Part shown: piece by piece, positions 51,435 to 62,374 of the stretch
Layout of the letters: each line of letters opens with the position of its first letter
Numbering within the stretch: the stretch's first letter is position 1
NCBI GenBank assembly: GCA_008632985.1
Contig: QPGO01000010.1
Location: forward strand, 248,001 to 312,000
Reading direction: 5' to 3'
Origin: Psammoneis japonica
Taxonomy: Eukaryota
Length of the DNA: 64,000 bases
Notes under the pieces: model-generated
What the model saw: only the letters and a program-made list of their open reading frames with translations
Told to the model about the DNA's origin: nothing
Database searches by the model: none
Translations under genes and position numbers: made by a program

Positions 51435-52470
51435 ACGTTGTTTCTTTTTCATGTCGATGTCTTTCTACTTCAGCAAAGCGCACGTGTTGGCCGCCTTCAT
51501 GGCGGTGCAAATGCTTCCATTGGGAACGAGCAGCGGGTGAGTCCAATCTTTGAAGGTCCAGCACGCAAGCCGCACCACCCCCTGAGCAGTGCATTGTTGA
51601 CCCTTTTCTATTTCCAGTCACAGACTCCGCAGAAAAGTGGCAACAATCATTGAGGAATGGAAGGATGTTCCTCGCGAGCTGGGCCTGAGATGGGTCAACC
51701 CACTCCAATGCATCGACTCGCAACTGCAACAAGGACAACGTCTTCTTCCCGGTCAAGGCATCTGCTGGGGAAACAAATCCAACAATGAGGATCATGAGAA
51801 TCCAGCTTCAGGAGCTTGTGAGTTTGGCCTCAATGAAGATGGATCGCTTGTTTGTTCTGACCACTGCAGCCATGATCCAGATGGATCGCTCGTTTGTTTG
51901 GACCGCCACAACCATGATCCAGAAGTCATTGTTTGTGAACATGGTGCCATTGCAGGAGAGGTGTTGCTGTTGACAGAAGAGGGCAAGCTTGTCAACAGTG
52001 AGGATGATGGTGTTTGGCAGGCAGGTGGTTGCAACGGCACAGCCAAAAGCAAACCAACATTGGAGAGGGGGGCAAGGTGGAGCTTGAGCATGGCAAGCAC
52101 GGTCACCAACGAGCATGACCAGCATCCTTTTCAGAGGTGGCATTTCCACACCATTGCCAGCTAAAACTTGTGCGTTTTTCTGTCAGGAGCATTCGTGTTG
52201 GTGATTTCAGCCTGATGAGGAAGTTCATTTGCATGCTGCACCGAGGGCAGACTCACAAAATAAAAATCAGGGTGAACTGCAATTTCAAATTGTGCAATTG
52301 AAGCTTTGTTGCCTTCCTTTGCACAAGTGAACAGACCATGTGGCATTTTCACTGCATGTCAGTCAGTGTGACACTGTTTCAAGAGAAGAGCAAAATCTCG
52401 TCCTCACAACATCTGACAGCAACCGAGTGAGTTGCACGACTTGTCAAGAGAGAGAAAGAATGGTGTGGCA
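51435..52470. other. TpA-depleted block 5 (CpG largely retained)
   Basis: 0 TA and 13 CG counted in 51661-52140. Confidence 0.85.
51700..52080 (+). pseudogene. Relic of a bulb-type-lectin-like gene
   Basis: LQQGQRLLPGQGIC...GACEFGLNEDGSLVC...GEVLLLTEEGKLV...VWQAGGCNG parallels the neighbouring intact paralogs (GQALYPTEYLG...GGYRFGLDENGRLGY...GDYLKL...LWASDC.G). Confidence 0.65.
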
Positions 52471-53424
52471 ACATAGTGTCATGTTGATTGATAATCTTTT
52501 TACGCGAGACAGTCACGAATTTAGTGAAAATGACGTGCCATGAATCTCAACGAGAAGGAGCCGGCGAGGAGTGAGGAGTGAACTGGCGACGGCGCGCTTT
52601 ATCATTCTCCAGATATACTGTAAATGGCACTGTCAGTGAAGGAGAAAAGGATTCTGTATGCTCAGGATAGCTCGACGCAACAGCCAAAACAAGTTTGGGC
52701 GTCAGTCATTGCACGATTGCAACTGCGTTTTGTTCCAAGGACACATCAGTGTGCAGTGATCTCCTATCGAGACCAACGAAGCTTTTGCCGTCGATCTTCA
52801 AGTAAAAGTATCATAGCTCCATGGGCGGGTTTTTCGTGTCCTTCAAATCAATACATGGAAAAGTCGTGTTCCTTGACGTGTAGTCTTGCATGAGCGAGAG
52901 CAACATGCGTGTACACGCCACCTGAAGCGCTCCACTCTTGCAGCTCTGAATTCGCAGCTGCGCAAACAATGCCCTCTATGAAGAAAGTTGGGGTCCCTTT
53001 TTTTCTACGTAGCGTGAGAGGCCTTACGTTGAGCGGCCTAAGCAAAGTCACGAGAATTCAGCTTGAAAGACGACAAAGGACGATGTTTCCGGTACAGAAA
53101 CTGGACGTGGTCAAACCAAGATCTAGTGTGAAAAGTGGGAACCGACTTGCAGGACAATGAAGGAAATGCGCTTGTGCTGACTTTTTCATGAAAGACGAAG
53201 TGAAAAGCCAACTATAAGTGTGAGGAGGGATACGTCGCTATGGACAAGATCCCACCTCGCTCACGACACCAGGCACTGCCACAACCTCAAACGATCGATA
53301 CTAGAGGCTAAATAAGCGGGGCGCTACGTGATTAGTCACAGCTCGAGAGTTAGTCTTTTCATTTCAACTTAGCGATTGTTTGCTTCCTCCTTGAGCGAGA
53401 CTAGCTAGAAAGTTACGTATTAGA

Positions 53425-54780
53425 CTACCCAAAGTAGAACCATTCATAGATCAAGAACCAGATAAGATTCTTCCCGAAAGCAGTGCACGGGTAGTTATCA
53501 TCATAGACGAAGCTTAGCTGCGAGTTGTCTTCCATTTTGTATCTCTTAATCATCCCTGCGCAATTGATGCCGGGGACCCCAGCATCCATAGTAATTCTCC
53601 CGTTATTGCGGACCTCAACGGGACTATCCATTGACTTGACGGCGGGTTTGGGGTTGATCCGCAGCTGAGGAAGTTATCAGAGACGTTGAATTTGCCGTTC
53701 CCAAAAGCCTCCGCCCTAAATCCAACGTACCACCAATTCGCATTATCAATCATACGCACTTGGCAAATATTTCCTTTTGTCGATACTCGCGTGCAGTCGT
53801 CTTTAGGGATTGGCTGCTGCATGCCGCATCTCAATTCTTCCCCAAACTCATCAACAGTCCATATCAAAGCGCCCGAATTTCGTTTGGTAATCTTAACACC
53901 ACCGTTCTCAAAACTCAACAACGCTTGATTGCCCTTGCAGCCCGAGGCCCACTTTTTCACGGAGGACCCTTTTTCTTTCTTGACCAGAGCAATCTTGCCT
54001 TTTGTTTGCATCTGAAGAAAATCACCTTGGTTTCTTTTCCACGGAGGGGACCAAATGGCGCTGTTGCCATGCCATAGTGCGAGCCTTCCCCTAGCATTCA
54101 AGCCAAAGCGATGCATTTGACCGATAATACGGTCACAAATATACTCGTTGGGTTTCAATTTCGCGTTACTAGCCAAAATGTCACCTCTACATTTGATGGT
54201 CGGGGCGGGTCTTGAGCCTGGATAGCACGTTGATTCCTGTCCATTGGAATAGAGTCCCCACACCAATTTTCGTTTGTTGGTTTTTAATTCGACAAGAGTT
54301 TTCTTAAAATCGCCTGTGTAGCGTAGAGTCGAACCGACGCCGTTGCAATCACTCTCCCAAACTACTTCATCGCTTCCACCTTCAACCGACTTGAGCAATA
54401 CGAGGTTTCCGGAACCTTTAAGGTTCAATAGTCACCCTTGACACCGGGTGACCATTGGATCTGGCCGTCATCTGACCAAGCTCCTAGTTGCCCGACGCTG
54501 TTCAGGCCGAATCGAAACCCACCTTTTGGACAACGATAAGGAGGCCCGATATATTCAGTTGGTTTCAATGTGTCACCGGCTTTAAGGAATCGACCCTTGC
54601 AATTGAAAATCGACTCCTCCAAGGTCCGATTCGCATTTGATTTAGTAAAACTTTCTGCGAAAATAATGCCTGCTCGAAATCATCTTGAGTTTGATCTCTA
54701 GATGACGCAACAAGCATTTGCGTTGTCGCTGTGAGCAATGTCGCCATCTCGATGGCTAAGCAATTGACACAGATCTTCAT
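53425..54780 (-). CDS. Secreted bulb-type (B-)lectin-like protein (3 apparent frameshifts)
   Basis: Signal-like N-terminus; two repeats L.P.EY...RFGLN..G.L..W....WS...GD.L....G.L.L....W.S.C. Paralogous to 55135-56435. Confidence 0.7.
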
Positions 54781-55134
54781 TTTCCTTAGGGAAGGGGACT
54801 ACTCGAAGAGGCTTTTGCGGTTTGTTTCTTGTCTATGCTTTTCCTTCTTTCTTCTTTGCCAGGGGCAAGTGCTTTTTTCTTTGATTGATGTGTTTCGGAG
54901 CCTTCTCGCTCTGGAAACCTTCTCGTTCTCGTTTGCACACAGATGCGAACCCCAACTTACTTAAAGAAAAATTCGAGTCGTTAAGTAGAATCTAACACTT
55001 ATTGCCACTTTCTAGTTGACAAACACGTACATCCTACACAAATGACTCTGAGTGACACATCATTTTAAGTAACACAGAACATTTATGGGAGGACAACATT
55101 CCTCCACGACACAACATAAAACACTGAACACGCA

Positions 55135-56435
55135 ATGAATAAGATGAATCCGTCGGTTGCTGCTCTCTTGCTGCTTTTCATTTGGGCAGACCTTCAAGTA
55201 TCATTGGCCATAGATCTATGGTTTGACACCGGCACAAAATCTAAAGAAACCAGAGCATTAGCAGAACCAATCCTGCAGTGTAAAGGGACACGCTTTTGGC
55301 TGGACAAGCATTATACCCAACCGAGTATCTCGGCCCTGATTGGGCCTGTCCAATAGGAGGGTATCGTTTTGGTTTGGATGAGAATGGGAGATTGGGATAT
55401 TGGGAATACGATAACGTGATGGAATGGACGGCTGGAGTCCGCGGAGATTATTTAAAACTCTCCGAGACAAACGGAAACCTGGAGCTTTTCAAGACTGTTG
55501 AGAATGGCAATGATGAGTTGTTGTGGGCAAGTGACTGTTTTGGGGTTGGCGTTAAGCTAGTCATTGACTCTTCTGGGTCAAGGTCTCTTGCTGAAATTAG
55601 AGACAGCTCCGACAAACTCGTCTGGCGAATCCACGGCCCCAACGCCCAAGAGTCGCAATGCTATCCTGACAGTGGATGGGCTACGCCAAAGGTTACCTGC
55701 AGAGGGGACATTCTTGGTAGTGGTGCCAACCTCAGTCGGAATGAATACATATGCGATGAGGCTGGTCCACACCATCGATTCGGTCTCAATGCGAACGGGC
55801 GGCTTGGTTTGTGGCACGGTCGGTATCTCATTTGGTCGCCTCCATGGAAGAGCGCCAGAGGCGACTTTTTGCAGATGGTAGACAAGGGAAAGATCGTTTT
55901 ATTCAAGAGGGAGAAAAGCGGAACGTTGCTGAAGGTGTGGTCTTCTGGCTGCAACAGTTTAGGATCAGCACTAGCCATTGAGGGTGGCGAACTGAAAATA
56001 GAAAGCAAAAGCGGAGAGATAAAATGGCTCTTGAATGAGTTTGGAAACGAATCACGATGTATCTCAAATCCAAGTAGCACCAAGGGCTGCTCTCATGCGT
56101 CGACATTTGGTGCCACTTGCGAGATTCATATGATTGACCATGAGAACTTGCGCTATGTCATTATTCGAGTTTCGGAACTGGGAAACGACTTCAATGTTTC
56201 CGTGACCGAAAATAGTTGCAGTGGTGGCCACCCGACGGTTCCGGTCACGGTTTATAGTAACGGAGATATCAAGAACAACGTAGGAGCACCTATTGTCACC
56301 TGTGAAGATCTTGGAGCAAACTACATGATGAAGGCAAGCGGCAAACATAGCTTTACCTTCAACGAGTACCAACCCTGCTCATCGTTTGGAAGAGACTTGA
56401 CGTACTTTATGATAAAAGAGAACTCCTTGTTCTAG
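55135..56435 (+). CDS. Secreted bulb-type (B-)lectin-like protein (frameshift at about 55295)
   Basis: Signal peptide MNKMNPSVAALLLLFIWADLQVSLA; the same two repeats. Adding one T to cgcttttgg restores the frame. Confidence 0.75.
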
Positions 56436-56885
56436 AGGGCCTTCTCTTCAGATGTTAATCTAGTTCATGTCACCTAATCATCTTCTTTCGCCCAACCCCA
56501 CTGCTGCTGCAACTTACAGACCTCCGAACTTGGGAGTGATGCTGATGATGAACAATGCGCTTTATAAACCCTAAACCGTTGCTTCCGGTAAGGGATGCTT
56601 CATCTGCTGCTATCCTCAAGTAGCTAGTTACAGTAGAGCGCTTAGTAGAGACCCTCTAACAGTACTTACTGTAGCTTTATGAAGTCCGGTACCGGTAGAG
56701 AGAGACTACTAGCTAGTCCACTTCTAACGGTACTTACCGATACGTCATGACTGCAGTGTTATTGGCGCCGTGCGCGGCCAGCGGCAATCAAGAAGGCGCA
56801 AGGCTGAAGGAATCATCACCCTTCTTTTTTTTAGGGCTAGCTAGGTACTGCTGGTACCGGTAGGGACTTGGCAAAGCCTACGACA

Positions 56886-57760
56886 ATGGCGATGGCAAGA
56901 ACGGTCGTCCAAACGAACAACCTCAAAGGTTTACACCATCATTTCCTAGCTATTTCTGTAGCGCTGTTATGTTTCGTTGTTTCCTCGACTGGTTTTTCAG
57001 CGAACGACAACCGACTGCGTCATGTCGCTTTGTCAGCATCATCGAGCGAGAGTTGGAACAGCATAGATAGACCGGAAAGAGAATGTAAGACACGGCGAAA
57101 AGCGATTTCAACTTTGTTGAGTACAACGTTCTTTGTCGAAACGAAATCCTTCAGCCGAGCCGAGGCTTTTTTTGGATCAGGCAATCAGGACAGACGACAA
57201 CTGGAACTGTGTCTGGTGAATGTCTTGCGCGTGTTGTATTGGGCACAATCGGTATCCACCAAACTGAAATCTGGTAATGATGAAGATGCCATAAAGCCGG
57301 TTTACATGGAAGCGCGTTTGGGTGCCAAGGCATTATTGACAAAGAAGATTGGCGGTGGTGCAAATTCCAAAGTATACACTCTTGCAACTTTGGAGCTACG
57401 TGACTGTCTAAAAGACGCTACATGGTATGCTGGGCGGAAGGGAAGTGGCAGAAAAGCGGATGATTTGCAAACGGATCTGATTGAGTCACTGGCGGCTATT
57501 GTAGAGTTTGACGGATTAGAAACAACCCAAGATCCGTCGCCAAGGTCATCCTTGATGCTTTCCATGTACAATACGGAGAAACGAGTGTATGTCCAAAGGT
57601 TGCTGTCAGAACGGGTTGTACCTACGGCTCAGAATATCTCAATCAATTTGATGCAGACACGCGGCAAACCTGTGAAAGATATATTCAATCGACCTACCCA
57701 AACGAAGTACCATTGAAAGCATCAGGAAATACGAAAAGCACTAGTACAACAAACGTCGAG
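56886..57760 (+). CDS. Hypothetical protein, possibly plastid-targeted (probable frameshift near the 3' end)
   Basis: Hydrophobic signal ending SSTG-F, Ser/Arg-rich transit-like segment, RRKAI...AEA lumen-like signal, globular C-terminal region. Confidence 0.65.
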
Positions 57761-57964
57761 GCACCAATAGCATGACAATTAAAGGCACAACGCGTATGAG
57801 AAAGACGTAGCACACTGTCGCCTCATCAGATACATCAAAATGCACAACCTCATGGTATTGCGTTTTGACAGACAGGGAAGGCGGGGCAAGAAGAACTCCG
57901 CAAACTCGATCAGACGATTCTTCTGCACGGCCGTTCCACAGGATTTTAAAAACCGTATAGACTA

Positions 57965-58887
57965 TCATCCGCCTTTGGTTTCTCCATGATATTGCTTCAG
58001 TAGTTGTTGGGCGACATTGGATATGTGTGCAAATCTCTTTGGTCCCAAATGAATTCCACCAAACCATCTTGACACTACCACCAATACATCTTTTTCTTTT
58101 CTCATTTGCAATAGATGCGCCAATCGCGATCCAGCTCCATCCTCCCCGTCATCATCATTGTCATGCTTTTCAACAAAGCGAATTTTATCGCCTCCTTCGC
58201 CTTCCGTGGTAACTGTTTCCTTTTCAGTCACTCTCCAGGCGTACTGCCGAAACGATTCAAGCAGAGTGTGGATGAGAAACCAAACCGATTCGGGACGCAT
58301 TATTTCGGACTACGAGTACCTACCATGTTGTGTGATGCACGAGCAAGTTTAGAGTTTCCATCCAAAAGCTGTGACAGTGCCTCTCTCACTTGTGCTTCAC
58401 TCGTCACGTGACAAACATGAGCTACAAACACTGATTTTCGATCGTTGAGGGGTTCCCCAGTTATCCATTCTGCCTTGAAATCGATAGGTGAAGGTGTATT
58501 CGGTATCACATCTTCTTGAATACTTGCTTCTAATTTCTTCTCGTTCGATTCAATGCTATTCTGAAACGCTTCGATTGCGGCTGCGCAGCACACAAGGGCG
58601 TGTTCGTCACCAACGTTTGCTTCCTGTCTTACAGCTACCACTGCTGCATCAAGCGACAACTTTTCCTTGGACGAAGTACACTGTTGACTCGTCACTTTGA
58701 GTTCATTTTCATCGGGATATCCTGTTGGAAACGTTAACTCTATAAAGGCATTCGGGGAGAGCTTCAACTGGCATACTAACGTGTTGTCATCGCGACCTAA
58801 AGGTTTCACTTCGTCAGGGTAAGCTGCTTGCAGCAACTCAAGATCGCATGCAGCCCGTTCTTGGCAATCATCTCCTTCTTCTATCAT
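57965..58887 (-). CDS. IMPACT: IMPACT family protein (RWD + UPF0029); intron 58323-58244
   Basis: DLELLQAAYPD...FPTGYP (RWD); DRKSVFVAH, ASHNM|YAWR, DNDDDGEDGAGSRL, VVVSRWFGGIHLGPKRF. Confidence 0.92.
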
Positions 58888-59622
58888 TCTTTGCTGTACA
58901 CTAGCTGGGAGCAGCACTCTAGCTCTAGAGGCCTACGTTACTGTTTCGCCGCAGTTGAGTTGCCCAAAATGCAATGCATTCGTCAATACTACCGTACTCT
59001 CCGCCAATCCCCCACCCCGGCATGGCGAGACCATGAATGAAGGACGCACCGGTGAAAAGCGAAATTTCAAAATAAATCGCACTATCGCAAAAGTGTACAA
59101 ATCCATACAGTTTTTGCGACAGTAAGGGCAGAACTCCATCCAACGTCTGTCATGGTGCGTTTCGCACCTCGTTCAGAATGGAAAAAATGGAATGCCACAT
59201 GAACACACAAAAGGATGACGACCAAATGACAATGACAACCTCTCATCCCCCCAGCTCTCTTCTATCCTGGACGGATCAGAGGTTGCTTTTATCCTGTTTA
59301 TTCTCCTTGGGGATACATCATAGCTAGCTTCAATTTGGATAAACATGAGAGCCTTGATGTCTTGCACCTGAAGCGGGGCGGCGTGAGACAAACTGCGGCA
59401 GAGTGGACAAGGAAGTCAACACCGATGCGATTGAAATACAGGAAAACACCCGATGACCCAGTTCTACATTTTAACCACTCTTATGATACGCAGATTCTTT
59501 ATGGGAAGAGTATACCGTACCAGAAAAACACTTTTAACAGCCCCCATACCGATTTACTTCACAGTCTAACCAATCTATCCTCTTCACAATGCTTTTTGTT
59601 CATTTGCTGTCTTAGATTCCGC

Positions 59623-60693
59623 CTATAGCTCCGTTGGACCGTTGAAGCTCTCAGACGCCTGTTTGTATTCGTCGATATCTATAGGCGCTTCCTCTTCATG
59701 AGCGAACGACGATGATACATATTGCACTTGAGCTGCCTTCTTCTTCTCCACCACCTCTTCTACTTCTTCATCATCAGGACCATTGTCGCCTTCTAATTCA
59801 GGCACTGGGATCGTGATTGCTTCCTCTTCATCTACACCTACCTCATGTTTGGACGGCTCCTCTCCAACCTGATCGTCCTCAACTAATAAGTCTTCCACGT
59901 CGTGTTGCTGTTTGGGGAACACACGGATCGGGGGAGAAGTCTTTGTTGTTCTTGAATCAAATGTAACCTGCAGTCCATATCCCAAGCCAAAATACAAAAC
60001 ACTCAAAGCAGCCACCAAGGTTAAGGTTGTAAGAAACAATAATTCAAAGATTCTGCGACCACGAGGAGATGCCAATTTCGGCTTGGCCTTTTTCGTTGCC
60101 ACAGCTGGTGGCTTTAGGATACCCTGTGGTTTGCTTTCCGTTTGAGGGGCTTCCCGACCTTTTACTTCTCCGTTGCTGATCGGTCGTTGTCGGGGATCGC
60201 TGCCGGATTGAAACGACGATCCATTTTCAGAAAGACTCTGCTTTGGGTCGGGACTACTCTTTACCCGGCCGCCAGGAGGCGTGCCGTTGCAATTCATGAT
60301 TGCTCGAGCTTCTCGGCAGTCGTTAAGCGATTTCGCTGGTCAAGACATTAACATAGAGAGAAGCTTGTAAGTCTTTTCTTATCCAAATCGACGAACCAAA
60401 GCATCAAGGCAACAGATTTGCACTGCTTACCTTGCGGCGTACTGTTTCCGTCCGAGACAGTCACTTGATTGGAAAAAGATACTAGAAGTACGTTACTCGA
60501 GTGAGTGCCGTTACTTGCCAACCTTTGTTCGATACGTGTCGTCGTGAGACTTACCACTACGACGAACTACTCCAGGCTGAGCTGATGCATTCTCATCATC
60601 GTCCGAATCCTCGGCGTTTTCTTTGTTGGGATCACAAAATCCACCAAAGAGTTTGTTCCAAGGATTATTCTTTGGCTTCGGTGTTAGATCCAT
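59623..60693 (-). CDS. Hypothetical single-pass membrane protein (multi-exon; 5' structure uncertain)
   Basis: Main ORF 59623-60297 with one TM helix and an acidic tail. Upstream coding-like segments end at GTAAG donors near 60554 and 60429. Confidence 0.55.
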
Positions 60694-61160
60694 TTTTCTA
60701 TTTCGAAGAGCTACACTGATTAGATGTTCGTGGGAGCGTCCTCTCGTTTACTTGTTGCAGGAAGTGCACCACCCGCCGACCGCCGAGTTGAAGTCTGAAG
60801 TCTCCGTTGGAGCGAATTTGTGCGCATTGAGCATGAGCGAGCGTTGAGCGTGCCGGATGCATGATGTGATCGCTCATCACCCATCGTAGGGCCTCTCTCT
60901 AGAGTACCATAGACTAGATTGAACTGCAGTAGTGGATGCAACCCTACATTATGATACTTGAGGCAGCAAGTCTCGCCGGCAGAATAAGATTATAGAGAAC
61001 GGTACAGAGAAACGTGCTACTAAGAAATTCTCTCCACCTTGCGGAAAACACCGAATTCACTCAATCGTGGGCTGAAGCTAAATAGCAACTCTCTAGCTGG
61101 AAAGCAAACGCAGTATTTACAATTATCACGGAATCTACAAAAATATGTGGTACCAAGCTT

Positions 61161-62057
61161 TCAATCGTCAATTCGACGTGTCTTGGTCCACATTTTGATT
61201 TCCTTTTCTGTGTCGCTTCGCCTTGACAAAGGTTTCTTACACGCCTTCGCGGTTTGCTCCAGTAACAACCTTGCTCCATCTGCAAATTGGTATTTACAAG
61301 AATCCACTCTTTGCTTGTGTCCTTCACGAGCTTGCATCGATGCCTCTCGTACTTGCCTGTACGAAAATTCCCAGTCGTCAATCAACAAGTCTTCCCGAAC
61401 AGTTGCTGGCATTCTCATTTCCGCTTTTGTGCGTCTTTCACCGCGCAACTTTTCGTACTCATCAACTTTTGCTTCAGTCTCATGCTGGACTTCCCAATCC
61501 AAAGCTATCGGCGGGCCAGCATAAACTGACGGATTGTCCCCGAGAGTTAAGGTGTGTTCTCGAATTTGAATCTTGTCAAACGAAACACTGTTCCTTCTTG
61601 TCACAAAGTCATGTGACTTTGATTCAGTCCGCTTTAAACAGCCATCGGGTCTTAACGGTGCTGTGATAGATGTTCTGGCGGGGGCAGTGTGCCTCCGTTC
61701 CAACCTCTGATGGGAGTATGCTCTGCGTGATTCTCTTCTGACGTTTAAGTGGCCGAAGAACTTTCGTATTCTTCCTGTCTGGACTCGCATTGTCGAATCT
61801 TCAAAATTTCTATCACCTTGAGCGCCTTCTTCATTTATCAAAATAATATTGTCAGCTTCGCATTGAATCCTTTCAGGTTCGTCGTTGTGTGCGTTGCTCC
61901 CTTCTGTAGCTGTACTTGCTTCGGTCTTTGTCGATGAGTCCACATGCAAAACGAGAACTCCTTCCTTATCTTTCATCACCTCGTTCTCCTCGATTTCTTC
62001 CAGTTCGTCATCATCGTCTAAGGTTGGCAATTCGGAGTGTGGCATTGTTGTCGTCAT
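61161..62057 (-). CDS. Hypothetical protein of a family common in diatoms
   Basis: Motif SVSFDKIQIREH..TLGDNPSV..GPPIALDW...VDEYEKLR..RR...M...RE.LL. Confidence 0.8.
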   Translation of the reverse strand: MTTTMPHSELPTLDDDDELEEIEENEVMKDKEGVLVLHVDSSTKTEASTATEGSNAHNDEPERIQCEADNIILINEEGAQGDRNFEDSTMRVQTGRIRKFFGHLNVRRESRRAYSHQRLERRHTAPARTSITAPLRPDGCLKRTESKSHDFVTRRNSVSFDKIQIREHTLTLGDNPSVYAGPPIALDWEVQHETEAKVDEYEKLRGERRTKAEMRMPATVREDLLIDDWEFSYRQVREASMQAREGHKQRVDSCKYQFADGARLLLEQTAKACKKPLSRRSDTEKEIKMWTKTRRIDD

Positions 62058-62374
62058 GGTTATGCAAAATCACTTCTCGCCTTTCCCCGTCGGAGAAAGG
62101 CCATTGCTCATTGGGTGTGAGCAGTGAGCAGTATTTGGCAAGCAGAATTCGGATCGAACGATCGATGGCTCACAAATTCCGGAGGGGCAATTATCGATGG
62201 GACCCGTTTATTGCATTACCGAAGGCATATATAAAAATTTGATTATCATTCTTGTTCGGCATATATAAATTTAAATATAGTGCTGAACATAATTTATAAA
62301 CGTCACATTTGGCTTGTGTCCGTCAAAAGGCACTTGTGCTTCAACGCTTCGTTGCCGACATGCCGGTACGGTAC

